Positions 10,606-22,414 of a DNA stretch of 64,000 bases are shown piece by piece. Every line of letters starts with the position of its first letter. Positions within the stretch are counted from its first letter, which is position 1. Under the pieces are notes generated by a model, which ran no database searches, was not told the DNA's origin, and saw only the letters and a list, made by a program, of their open reading frames with translations. The DNA is from Eledone cirrhosa (lineage: Eukaryota). A program made the translations under genes and the position numbers. The stretch lies in contig OZ024740.1 in the NCBI GenBank assembly GCA_964016885.1, positions 36,456,001-36,520,000 of the forward strand, read 5' to 3'.

Positions 10606-11613
10606 ATGGGATCCAGCCTCTCTGGCCTGCTGGCCATCACTTACATGAACCAACTAGAATGCCGAGCCCTCAACACCTGCCATTCCCATGCCTTCTTCAC
10701 CCGATATGTAGATGACATACTCATCCTTACATCATCCCGTGAGGAGGCAGAGAAAATATACACAACATTCTCCAGCATGGACGCCAGTATAAAGTTCAGC
10801 ATAGAACACCCCGATGACCGCGGATCCCTATCCCTGCTGGACTTCCAACTCAGGGTAACAGAGGAAGGCAACATCCACACCTGCTTCTATAAAAAAGCCG
10901 CCAGCAGGGACCTGTTCGTACATTTCAGATCGGCCCTCCCACTCGGTGCCAAGTTCGGATACATAAAGAACGAACTGGCACGTATCAAGAACAAATGCAC
11001 CGACGCCAGAGACCGAGACACACACACCACACATTTCCTGGAAGTACTCAAACTGAACGGATACACGACATCCACCACAAACCGTGCCAGAAAGAACAGA
11101 GGACACCACACCCGAGGCACTAACACTTGCTTCCTGAAGCTCCCACACTTCAGTGAAGAAACAACAACAGCCATCCGCAGAGCCATCAGACGAGAAGGTC
11201 TGGATATTCAACTGGCCCATTCGGGTCCTTCTTTGCGTGGACGGCTAGCTAAGAGACACTCCACCAGACATGACAACTGCTGCAGACTAGCCAACTGCCC
11301 CATCAACGACACAGACCTATGCCACCAGGCTTACGTAGTTTACAGACTAGAGTGTGACAAATGCAACAACTTCTACGTAGGTAGCACCACCAGACCACTC
11401 CACATAAGAATAAAAGAACACCTCAATACTAACGCTTCCTCATTTAAGAAACACCTAGTTAAATGCAAAAACACTGATAATAACATAACAGTTAGGATAG
11501 AAACTAAGGAAAGAAACCTCGGCAATCTTAGAATCAAGGAAGCACTCATTATAGATAGAACACATCCACCAATCAATAATAGACTAGAGCTCAACACCCA
11601 ATTTATAACCTGA
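10606..11613 (+). CDS. PLE RT C-terminal half plus GIY-YIG endonuclease (5'-truncated)
   Basis: Same 335-aa translation as the inverted copy. Confidence 0.9.
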   Translation: MGSSLSGLLAITYMNQLECRALNTCHSHAFFTRYVDDILILTSSREEAEKIYTTFSSMDASIKFSIEHPDDRGSLSLLDFQLRVTEEGNIHTCFYKKAASRDLFVHFRSALPLGAKFGYIKNELARIKNKCTDARDRDTHTTHFLEVLKLNGYTTSTTNRARKNRGHHTRGTNTCFLKLPHFSEETTTAIRRAIRREGLDIQLAHSGPSLRGRLAKRHSTRHDNCCRLANCPINDTDLCHQAYVVYRLECDKCNNFYVGSTTRPLHIRIKEHLNTNASSFKKHLVKCKNTDNNITVRIETKERNLGNLRIKEALIIDRTHPPINNRLELNTQFIT

Positions 11614-12301
11614 TAGGGCCTCTAGCCCCACTTTACACACCCCACACACACGCACGCGCACATCTCCACTTATTCTCCCTCACACATACACACACAAAAC
11701 CAGTTCTAACACCAGATAACACCTACCCCCCACTTTTACGATTAGACCTCTCTTCCCACACTCACACACACACACACCCACATACCTACACCTTCATGCT
11801 TTCTCCCACACACATATACAGGCACGCATATAAAATTTAAAAAAACACAACAAAAACATAAACAAACCCCTCTTAAAGGGAGACTACTCTTTACCCACCT
11901 AATTTTAATTCTTTGATATTAAAGTTAGAACTCTATACTATTTCCGGTCAGCATGGCTTCATTGGAAATTTAGACGCTGGTCTGAGACTTTTACTTCCCT
12001 CCGAAGAAGAGATATTATCTCGAAAATTAAGGACATTTAAATAAATTCAAGGTGAAAGACGAATTCTCATCAATATCTTTCACTATTGCATTCTTTTTTC
12101 TATGTCCATATCTGCATTGTCTTGGCCTTATTACACATATTCTAACGTTTATACCTCATTACACAATGCTTCAAGTGAACTATAACCTCCTCCATATATA
12201 TATATATATATATATATATAAATGGAATAGAATCAAACGAAATTTCATTTCTCACTCTTAGTACGGCACTTACTTAAAATGTAAGTATGTATGTATACGT
12301 A

Positions 12302-12892
12302 CATGGTGGCTGCCAACTCGTTTTCGAGTACGGCCACTACTTTATATCCATGTAGGAGAACTGCCACCGATGCGCCGAACGAGTGTGACCTTTTAGTCCA
12401 GCCAGCGACTTGAAAACTCTGGTACAAACAGTACACTTGTGACAATTACTGACACACAGTGCTGGGCCCATGGTACCATGTGACGACAAGTGCAGAGAGA
12501 TCTCCAGATATAAAGCAACGCCTGTGCCGTGAAGCTTTTATAGTGAGCAAAGGCACTGCACAAAGCCAGTCCCACTCTCTTAACCAAGATGATATTTACC
12601 AAAAAGAAGAACAAGTGAACATCATTGGATACCATCAGAGTTGCAGGTGTTATATCAGAGTTTTCCTTCTCCTAGAATTCTGCCTAAGGGGTCATCTCTC
12701 CCGGTGATTTTGGATAGCCATTGACTCTTAAGAGCTGTTTTCACAGTTTTTGTTTTTAGTCCTGCAGGATGTCCAAAGTCACCCTCCTCACCAAGAAACC
12801 TTGGTGGGGTTGCCAGTTTAGTTGCCAACGACCCGACCATGAGACAGGTTGTACTGGGATACATGTTACCAGTAGCACCAACTGGTGACCTG
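12302..12892 (-). mobile_element. Bipartite non-autonomous RTE-like element
   Basis: Paralog of 1955-2563 with small deletions. Confidence 0.7.
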
Positions 12893-12896
12893 ACCA

Positions 12897-13224
12897 TGTA
12901 TACGTACATACATATATGTATACAGACGTACAGTAGCATGTATATATATACATACCATCTGGCAGAAAGGTATACGGTGCTGACGATAGCTAATAAGCTT
13001 GAAACTATTACATCGTTCCTGTGTCAGTGTTGAACAAAAAGGTGACGTGGTTGCCTAAACACTGTACGGCGTAATTCAGGCTGTTTGTTTGTTTACAAAC
13101 GAACAAACCGAGCATTATAATAAATGTTCGGTAAACTGATACGTGCATATATATGTGTGTGCCTGTATGTATATATATACATGCCACTGTACGTCTGTAT
13201 ACATATATGTATGTACGTATACAT
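12897..13224. repeat. About 60-bp inverted repeats around a 210-bp spacer
   Basis: 12897-12955 is the reverse complement of 13165-13224, including the non-microsatellite core cagacgtacagt.gcatg. Confidence 0.75.
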
Positions 13225-13278
13225 ACATACTTACATTTATATATATATATATATATATTTATTAAAATAACAGATTAA

Positions 13279-13329
13279 AGTTTAAGCAAAGAATCGCTGC
13301 TTTCACCCTTAACGGGATCTTCTGAAACT
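13279..13329 (-). ncRNA. Type I hammerhead, U4A core variant
   Basis: agttt-CAGAAGA-tccc-gttaa-gggt-GAAA-gca-gcgattctt-tgc-TT^aaact. Confidence 0.65.
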
Positions 13330-13579
13330 AACAAAGTCAATCTGTAAACGCAGAACTGGATATTACAAAAAACGTTGCAACCGGAGGAAGACAGGAAGAC
13401 GATACTTTGGTTCGTGGAAACGTTCGCTGGCAAAGAACGGGAAAAAAGGAATATAATACGTCATTGGTAGGAGCGGTGAAAAACAATTACGCGCAAAGAC
13501 AGAACCACGTTTATGGTATAAAAGAGGTCGTAGACTAATGTTCTCTTAGGTGGTGCATAGAGACGTTCTCTGGCAATGA

Positions 13580-13733
13580 ACGAAAAAACGAAGATAATAC
13601 GTCATATGTGGAGCGTGGAGAACAATAGCACGCAAAGACAAAACCACTTCTGCTATACCATTTACGTGGTTTTGTCTTTGCGTGATATTGTTCTCCACGC
13701 TCCACATATGACGTATTAGCTTCGTTTTTTCGT
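13580..13733. repeat. 68-bp inverted repeat (hairpin) ending the HHR-bearing element 13258-13733
   Basis: 13580-13647 versus 13666-13733, with two mismatches seen. Confidence 0.9.
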
Positions 13734-13737
13734 GAAG

Positions 13738-14600
13738 GCATTTATCCAAAAATTTGGTATTTTGTCTTTTCCTGCGGATTTGCATTTGCTGGTTTTTCTA
13801 AGAGCTAGACGCAACTGTTCAACTGTTATATTTTCTCATATTTGTTCCTCAAGGTGAGCTGTATCCTTCATTTTTCTGTCTCTCCATGGGGCATGTATAT
13901 TATGAACTTTTTCTTCGGCCCAGATCTTTTCCCAGAATTCTTGCACTTCCTCCTTGGGTGGTATTGATTTAGCAGTTATTGTTGCCAATTTTTCTGTAGA
14001 AGTTCTTTTGGTGGTTTTTGAACATATTATTGTCCTTATAGAATCTAGATCGTTTTTCAAAGCGCCTTATACGAGCAGCTTTGGCCAACACTTTTTGCTA
14101 GATTGTTTCTATCAGCATGTATATGTCACTTGTTGATTTTATATCGTATTTTCTTTTCAACTTTCTAAATTTAGTTTGTTTAACATGTTCACCTACTTTG
14201 TAGTTTGTTAAAATTTCTATGTCAGATCGCAGAAGGTTTATTTGGCGATTGGTGTTCTCTTGCCAAGTAGATTTCTTGTGTGAATTCCTTTGTTTTTTCA
14301 TTTTCACTCCACATAAGTGAGTGGTGACTTTAACCGATGCATAATAGAGATGATTTAGATCAGTAATGTTTAGTTTATTTGTGATGATAATGTTTTTGAG
14401 AGTTATGTTAGCCTTGTGTATTATCTTTTGGTTCTGTTTGGAGTTCTGGATCTTAGGGAGGGTGTCTCGTTCCCCCATGTCAGATTCTTTCGTTTTCATC
14501 CATTCGATCATAATTTCATTCCTCAAGTTGGCGAGTTCATTCTCATTCATTTCTTTACCAGTTACGATCTCATTGTTTCATTTTGAGTTTCATCTTGAGC
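13738..14600 (-). mobile_element. N-terminal fragment of an R4/Dong-like LINE, decayed
   Basis: TLPKIQ..DLNHLYYAS..W....RQINLLRSDI, PPKEEVQEFWEKIW, KSAGKDKIPNFWI. Resembles the pre-RT region of 19092-22350. Confidence 0.7.
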
Positions 14601-14812
14601 ATGCACTCCTTCCACTTTTTCGATCCTTTCTTTAATTTGTTCTGCTGTCAGTGATTCTGCCCCAACCCTGGGATTTGAAGTGTTACAATTTACCTCATTT
14701 TCACTGACACATGTTTAATTTTCCCTTCGCTGACTTTGCGTTAATTGCTTGATCTGATCAATTTCTATATCAGTTAGTAACTTTTAGTGTCTTTTGCCAG
14801 AGTAGCATAAAA

Positions 14813-15835
14813 GTGCGAAGCATTCCAGGTAAGTCAGGAGGAATTAGAAGAAGCCAAAAGAATGGTAAAGAAAGATGGGTACAGGGTCAGCCCCCACTTC
14901 CCCCACCTAATAAAATGGAGCATCGGTCTTATCGGACAATTAACATAAAATCGCGCCGAGTTGAACGGGCATCCGAGTCCCAAATCCCAAAATCTTTGGG
15001 ACATGTGTGGGCAAAAAAAACCCACATCAGACGTGGGCAGAAATATGGAACCGTGGACGTGTTCTTTGGAACACCACAGGAGGCCAGAGAACACTCCATC
15101 GCCCCATTAAGAAGTGACGACTTCACACTCGTCCCAAGCTATTGTGGTCAGAGACTCGTGAAGATCAGGGTGACCCACGTTCCACCGGCCATCGAAATTC
15201 CCTGGCTAATGGCTGCCGGCATCGAGGCCAACACCGAGATAATCCAAATAGCGAAAGAAAAGCAGGAGAACTGGTCCGGATCTGGGATGGAGCTCCTGAT
15301 CCAAGCGGACCAAAAAAGCATTGAGGAGATCCCAGAGGTAATAGACCTCACTGACGGCAGCCACCTCACCGTAATCGTCGAGGGCAGAAGGCCTAGGTGT
15401 GTCGTTTGTGGTGAAGGAACCCACCTAAGGGCTTTCTGCCCTCAGGCTAAAAGGTTGAGGCCACCTCTCTTACCCACCCCAGTGACTCAACCAGCAGCAC
15501 CACCAGCAGCAGAAATGGCAGCAACAACTGTAGCAGCAACAACAGAAGCAACTGTAACAGCAACAACCCCAGCAACAGTAGCAAAACCAACACCACCACC
15601 ACCCAACGCGCCACAACTAGCACCAGCGCCTACACCATCGGTCACGCCACAACCAAAACCAACGCCTGTGGAGGATTTTCCACTCCCCGACCTATCGCAA
15701 CTGGAGACAGATTGTGACGATGAGGAGTGGAAAACGGTATCAGGAAAAAAGAAAAAAGAAAAAGAACCCCCCCTCCCCAACAAAAAATCCTCTTCCTTCC
15801 CCCTCCAAAAACAAAATACAGAGGGAAACAAATAA
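14813..15835 (+). CDS. LINE ORF1 (nucleic-acid binding, CX2CX4HX4C knuckle, Pro/Thr-rich tail)
   Basis: CVVCGEGTHLRAFC motif upstream of the APE-RT ORF. True start uncertain. Confidence 0.75.
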   Translation: MRSIPGKSGGIRRSQKNGKERWVQGQPPLPPPNKMEHRSYRTINIKSRRVERASESQIPKSLGHVWAKKTHIRRGQKYGTVDVFFGTPQEAREHSIAPLRSDDFTLVPSYCGQRLVKIRVTHVPPAIEIPWLMAAGIEANTEIIQIAKEKQENWSGSGMELLIQADQKSIEEIPEVIDLTDGSHLTVIVEGRRPRCVVCGEGTHLRAFCPQAKRLRPPLLPTPVTQPAAPPAAEMAATTVAATTEATVTATTPATVAKPTPPPPNAPQLAPAPTPSVTPQPKPTPVEDFPLPDLSQLETDCDDEEWKTVSGKKKKEKEPPLPNKKSSSFPLQKQNTEGNK

Positions 15836-16352
15836 ACTATCAAACAAAAAAATTAGGACAGCTATGCCACCATCCACACCAGCATCACCAACTCCATCAC
15901 CACAAACACCAACACCATCACCATCATTAACCCCAACACCACCATCACCAACACCACAAAAGTCACCAAAAAGCGAAACAGAAACAAACCCACAACAAAC
16001 GCAAACAAAACAAAACAACCAAAACGATACACAGCAATAAATTTGAACAACAACCATTTATTACACTACATCCAACACAACACCAGCATCACAGTAAAAG
16101 ACTACACAACAACCCAAAAATTCACACCACCTCCACACATACAAATCACTCGTATCACACAGAAAACGTACATGACACTAAAACAAATATTCCCCAAAGA
16201 CATCGGAGACTTCCGACAAGCACTCTCCAGGAGGATTTATAAGGACATCCTTCCTGAGAAGGCCACAAGCAGTGAAAAGGATGGAGAAACCGTCCTTCCT
16301 CTACGAGAAGTAAGGTAAGTGGTCTTTCCCATCTTTTCCACTCCATTTCAAC

Positions 16353-19090
16353 ATGACCTCACTCAGAATAGGCAGCATAAATGCGCGTGGCTTGAGGTCG
16401 TCATGGAAGCAGGGCCACCTGCTCAACGACCTCAGGTCACTAAACATAGATGTAGTGGCCATCAGCAAGACCAGAATCTTCGAAGCACGGACCTTGGCAC
16501 CGATCTTCGGCGGCTACGATGTATACGCATCTCCCAACCGTCCTGGATCGGGGGGAGGAGTTGCTGTTGCTTTTTCAGAGAGGTTTGGATCTCGCCATAC
16601 GAGCCATCTTCCTGGACACAGAAGGTAAGTTGGTGGTGCTAGACGTGATCAGCGGAGACAGGCAAGCTTTCAGGCTAGTGGCCGTATATGCCCCGACAGT
16701 AGCAGGGCGGCCTGATTTCTTCCGGCGTCTGGAGACCTTTCTTGGAACGTCCCGCTCTTTAGTGTTAGTGGGTGACTGGAACGGGATCTTAGATGCACGC
16801 TAGGATTGTGTGGGATTAGCGGATAGGGGAGGATGGTGCAAGAGCCTCACCAACCTGCTCAGGCGTTTTGAACTGTCTGACAGGTACCGATTGGATTTCC
16901 CGAATGTGCCAATGTGGACTTGGACAAATCGCAGTGGGTCATCAAGATCATATCTAGATATAGTATTTTGTAGGTAAATAGATAGGTCTAGCATAGGCTG
17001 TCCACAATTCAAGATAGTCAGCTAGACGGACCACAAATTCGTGATCTGTGTGCTTGACTTAGATAGGCTTCATAGACGAGGACCCGGCTACTGGAAGCTA
17101 AACCCCTCCTTACCAGCGCGCAAGGCCTACAGAGACCGGATTAGCGAACTAGTTAAGCGGGCGTTGACGGGGGCCATCGTCAGCAACAAGTGGTGGTTTG
17201 CTCTGAAAAGAGCGATTAGAATAGAGTCCATTAGGTTTAGTAAGGCTTTAGCAATAGAGAAAAAGGGAGAACTAGTTAGAAAATTAGACGAGGCGCTTAG
17301 CAAAGGCATAGCGACCGACGTATTTGCGGCGAAATTGGCCCTAGACCAATTCTTCAATGCAAAGCACGACGGCTGCGTTGTCAGAGCTAGGGTGCGTGCT
17401 TTCAGACACGATGGGACGAAAGCCGTTCAATGGGTCCGAGTGGCGGAGGCGCGTCGTGGCAACAAAGCCACGATCCCGTCTTTGGTGGACCACGACGGGC
17501 TCATGCTACTCGATCCCGGGAAAATGTGTGAAGCTTTTCAGCGACACTTCGCATAGCTGTTCGGGGGCAGCGGTGGGTCGGATCGAGGGATGGACTTTAG
17601 TGTCTACAACGACGGACTGCCGCGGCTCTCGGCCACTGAGGGGGAGTGTTGCGAAAAGCCGATAAAAGCCGCTGAAGTACGGGAGTCAATGACTGGCTGC
17701 ACAAGGGGTAAATCGCCTGGTTTGGATGGTTTTCCCTATGAACTTTACGTACAGATGCCAGACTTGTTCGGAGGCTTCTTGGCGGACGTCTACTGCAACT
17801 GGCAACAGAACGGGAGAATTCCCAGCTCTGTGAGCCGAGGAGCTGTGGCGCTGCTGAGAAAGGATCCAAACAAGGGGGATAACATAGATAACTTTAGGCC
17901 CATAACTGCTAAACACAGAGTTCAAGATTTTGGCCAAGGTGCTAGCAAAGAGGTTGGCGCTTGTCGTTGGTGGTCTGGTGGGAGAGGTACAGACATGCGG
18001 CATTCCCGACAGATCCATCCACGACAACCTCCACCTCACGCGATACATTGTAGAGTGGGTAGCTAGGGAACCTGGCACGGGTGGGTCCTTGATCAATTTA
18101 GATCAGTCGAAAGCTTTCGATAGGGTCGACCATCGTTACCTAGCGGCAGTCATGAGGGCGGCTGTCTTTGGGCCCGTCTTCAGAGGCTGGATCGCTGCCA
18201 TGCACAGCGACATCTGCTCTGTGGTGAGAGTGAACAGTCACCTTTCGGAACCGTTCAACATCATGCGCTCGGTCAGCCAAGGAAATCCCCTCTCGTCTCT
18301 CTTGTACGTATTGACTCTCGAGCCATTACTGCACAAACTCGAGACGTTGAGGGAGGGTGCCGCGCGAACTAGGATGCGGAAGATTCGTGTCAGCATATGC
18401 GGACGGTGTCACCGTAGTGGTGTCGAACGCCAAACACATCGAGGCGATCAGCACTACACTAAGAGATTACGAAGCGGTGACAGGAGCAATGATCAACCAG
18501 AAAAAGTCAGTGGGCCTGCAGCTCAGCACCTGGAGAGGCAGGTCCATGCCGTCCAACAGCGTCGTCGGGCGTTGGACGGACGGACCGGTTACATTGCTAG
18601 GGGTCTGGTTCGGTCCGGACCTCCAGACGGACAAAAACTGGGACGAGGTGACGAGCAGGGTGGTTCTCTCACCCAGAAATGGGCCGAGAGGAAGCTATCC
18701 CTGAAAGGTCGAGCGGAGGTGGCTAACGCGTACATCGCGTCCGTCATCTACTACTGCCTGACCGTCCTACCTTGTCCTAAGCCCCGCCTGACTGCGCTGG
18801 AGCGTTTGCTCTTTCGCTTTTTGTGGAATGGACGTGCTCCGATGGTCAGGCGGTCCATCTGCTGTCAACACCTTCTACGTGGAGGGCTGGGCATGCCGTG
18901 GCTGATGATGCGCAGACACGCGCTCAGGCTACGACATCTCCACCTCTTCCTCGACGGTGATTAGGCGTGGTCGCCGTTTGCTAGACGCGTCTTTCCTCAG
19001 CTCGTCTCCTTGACGGAGCTGCAGTCCTGGGTCAAGCGAAGACCGAGAGGGAGCGCTTGGAGACTGGAATGTCTTCAGGCGCTCGCAGCC
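16353..19090 (+). pseudogene. LINE ORF2 (APE plus RT) with several frameshifts and stops
   Basis: Fragments at 16353, 16519, 17041, 17590, 17930 and 18357 tile one ORF2 in different frames. Confidence 0.9.
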
Positions 19091-19091
19091 T

Positions 19092-22000
19092 CAGATATTC
19101 AGGACTTATCGGAGGGTTCTTGCTGTTCCCAGTAAGCATCCCTTTTAAAGGGTTCCAAAAAACGAGGCTGGACTAATCTTCTTTAACCATCCTTGAAATC
19201 TCTGGTGTCAAATGGACAGGCTACGTCTACAATCAGGCACGATCTTTTTTCCTTGTGAAAAACCACCAGGTCAAACCTATTGTGTTCTAATTTCTTGTCC
19301 GTCTGTATCCTGAAATCCCATAGCATCTTCACCCGGTCGTTTTCTATCCCCGATTCTGGCTTTTGCTCATACCACTTCTCAGAATGTGGTAAATTGTTTA
19401 GTTTGCATAGGTGCCAGTGAATCACCTTTCCTATCATACCAAGTCTCCTGCCTTTATAGTGAGTCTGGGCTAGGTGTTTACACTCGGATACAATGTGAGC
19501 CACAGTCTGCTCACTCTCTTTCCACAGATCCTATACAGTGAGCTAGCCTCCTCCTTGTCAATATGGTGTTTCACCCACTTCGTTCTGAGGGCCTGCTCTT
19601 GTGCAGCACTCAGCATTCCTTCTGTAGCTTTTTGTAAGGTCTCCTCTTTTTAACCAGTTCCATGTCTGTGTATCTCTGAATTCCGTTATCTTAAAGAAGG
19701 TGATATGAAGTGATTTTTCATGTTATTTCCTCCTTGGACATCCCCTAGTCTATTGTCTTCTCCTTCAGTACAAATTTGAGCATTGGTTCCCAACTGTCAG
19801 ACACATATTTTTGTAGACTGTTTTTCTCTATCTGAACACAATCCTCTATGCTGATAAGACCTCTTCCACCTTCAGATCTCTTTAAGTAGAGTCTATCAAC
19901 ATCACCCTTCTTGTGGAACATGCTGTAGGTAGTCATTAGCTTTCTAGTCTTTCTATCCATTTCTTTTTGTTCAGTAACATTCCATTTCAGAATTCGAGCA
20001 CTGTACCTAATAATAGACACAGCTCGGGAATTTACTGCACTTAAGACATTCCTACTATTTAGGTGTGATTTTGGTATGTTCCTTACTCTCCTTATGTATT
20101 CAGATCTTATCAATTCCTTCATTCTTTTTGTTCTTGATGTCATCCGCTTCAGGAACACCTAGATATTTGTATCCCTCTTCAGTGTCAATTTCCTTTATCA
20201 TCCCACCTGTTGGTACCTGTATTCCGTTGCTTCTGTTCAATTTACCCCTCTTCATCACCGGGACTCCACACTTATTAACACCAAATTCTATACATATATC
20301 ATTGCTGAAAATACGGATAATGTTAACAAGTACATCCAACTTCCTCTCACTTTTCCCAAATAGTTTTAGATCGTCCATGAAGAGAAAGTGGTTGGTGGTA
20401 AGCTCTCCTCTTCCCAGGCATGTATCCTCCTCTCACTTTTCGCAATATGAGGGACAAGGGTATAAGGGCAAGGACAAACAACAAAGGGGACAAACTATCT
20501 CCTTGGAAGATACATCTCTTGATCTTCACGCCTCCCAAGGATTGTCCACCTAATGTTAGCCCTGTTTCCCAGGACTTCATACTTTTACTTAATAGCTGTC
20601 TGATGTTGCCTGCCATCTTGAAGATCTCTGCTTTTGGTTATCCAAGAATGAGGTACCATGTCGAATGCCTCTTTGTAATCTATCCATCCCATGGCAAGAC
20701 CAGTATGCCTTCTCGTGCAATTCCTCATTACCATCTTATCAATAAGTAACTGGTCTTTTATACGTCGGGACTTCTTTCGGCATCCTTTCTGTTCGTCCGG
20801 CAATAAGTTGTTTATGTGGAGGTGATAGTAGATTTCGTCAGACACAATGCTTGTTAGCAGTTTCCACATTACGGACAGACATGTGATAGGCCTATAGTTG
20901 GTAACCTCATTACCCTTGATTCAATTTTTTATTACCAGAACTGTGGTACCCTTTGTCTACCACTCTGGTACTTCACCCGACACCAAGCAGTCATTGAACA
21001 TGGTTGTAGATTTTGGGTGGAGGGATGTTATATTTTTTATCCAATATCCTTGAACACCATCTGGACCTGGTGATTTCCATTAGGTTAATTTTTTTGGCCT
21101 GCTTTTTAAGAGTTTCAACTGTGATACTCAAATCTGGTTTTTGGTGTGCTTATTCACTAATTTCCCTTTTAACTGTCTCAATCCACACTGCCTGACTATT
21201 ATGTTCAATATCTTGCTCCCATATTCCTCTCCAGAATGTCTGAGTCTCTTCAGCTGCAGGGATCACGTCGTTGCCTCTTTCTTTCCCTTCAAGCTGTTCA
21301 AACAACATCTTCTTGTTGTCAAACACGCGGTTCTGTCTATACTGACTAATCTGTTCTCATACCGCCTAATCTTTCTACTTTTTGCTACAATGCGTTGCTT
21401 CAGTTCCTCTATGATAACGTTTAGCTCTTTTCCCTTACTGTTGTATTTTATTTTCAATCTATCTTTCGTGTCTATGTATTGTAATGTCCCATTCAGTAAA
21501 GACTCAATCTTTCCAATGTCTTTTCCTCATTTCCTTGATTTAACGATTCAGTCGTTTCATCTACCAAGGTTCTGATCTTTCTTGTTTGTTGTTTCCTCTC
21601 GTTTTCATATCAAGTAATTTTTTCACCAAATTCGCTGTTACTTTGAGGATGTTGTTGCATTGGTGAAGGTTCTTCGCCTCAAGGTATGGGATGGCCCTGT
21701 TTATCTTAGCTGTCGTTTCTTTTAACTTTTCCTGTCTACAAATCTTAGGTTCATAGGCTTTCCACTATCATTGTTCGTCTCATCTACCACTAAGTTCAGA
21801 GTATCAACAAAATCTTGCCGTAGTCCGTCAGCATTCATTTCCTCAATGGCCGTATGCTCCAGATGTTATTTATTTCAGCATTCAGATGATTGTCAACCAC
21901 TTCCCCCTCATTCCTCTCTGGCTCATTTGCCTGATAAACCCCACTCTCCATTTCCAACTCAATCTCTCTGCTCATTTCCTCCAATTCCAACTCGTTTATC

Positions 22001-22350
22001 CATCCATTAGTTCTTATTACACGAGCCTGACCGGCCAATTTTTGTTCACCTAATTTAAATAGACCAATCTCGTTCCAGATGTTATGCACCCGTTTCCTAT
22101 AGCCTCTTTCCATGGGGTTACTATTCAGGTAACATTTCATGACAGTTCTATTCAATTCTTTCGTCCAGTTGGTTTTTGTCCCATTCCTCCAACACCAGCA
22201 GTATTTGAATGAGAGCCAGGTCCCTGCTGCTGGGCCAGGGAGCACTTGCTGGGTGAGAGTCTTTCACATAAAGTTCCAGCTTCCTTTTCACTGTTATTCG
22301 AGAATTAGTGAATTTAAGGTTGCACCAACACCAGTATGTTTAGCGTGACA
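19092..22350 (-). mobile_element. R4/Dong-clade LINE (RT plus restriction-like endonuclease), decayed
   Basis: N-terminal WTKELN..MKCY..RGYRKR; RT motifs EQKGCR, WIDYKEAFDMVPHSW, FQGDSLSPLLF, MDDLKLF; RLYLKRSEGGRGL; HIVSEC; LWDFRIQTDKKLEHNRFDLVV..IVDVACP. Confidence 0.9.
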
Positions 22351-22414
22351 CCATCACGTTAAAACAAGAAAATAATAAGTTTCGTGGCATTTTATGTGAC
22401 ATTTATCTATCATT

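Larger units (their letters stand above)
9049..12193. mobile_element. Penelope-like element as a palindrome (5'-truncated, inverted duplication)
   Basis: Arms 9049-10598 and 10604-12153 mirror each other about 10601. Flanked by (TA)n. Confidence 0.95.
14770..19090 (+). mobile_element. L1/Tx1-clade LINE, 3'-truncated, ORF2 disrupted
   Basis: ORF1 has a CCHC knuckle. ORF2 has an APE domain (MTSLRIGSINARGL, GDWNGIL, SYLD, DH), GPGYWKLN, and RT motifs (KSPGLDG, NFRPI, LDQSKAFDRVDH, QGNPLS, YADGV). Confidence 0.9.

Noticed and set aside
9982-11220. Antisense ORFs overlapping PLE and LINE coding regions
   Set aside because: They are shadow frames with no recognisable motifs.
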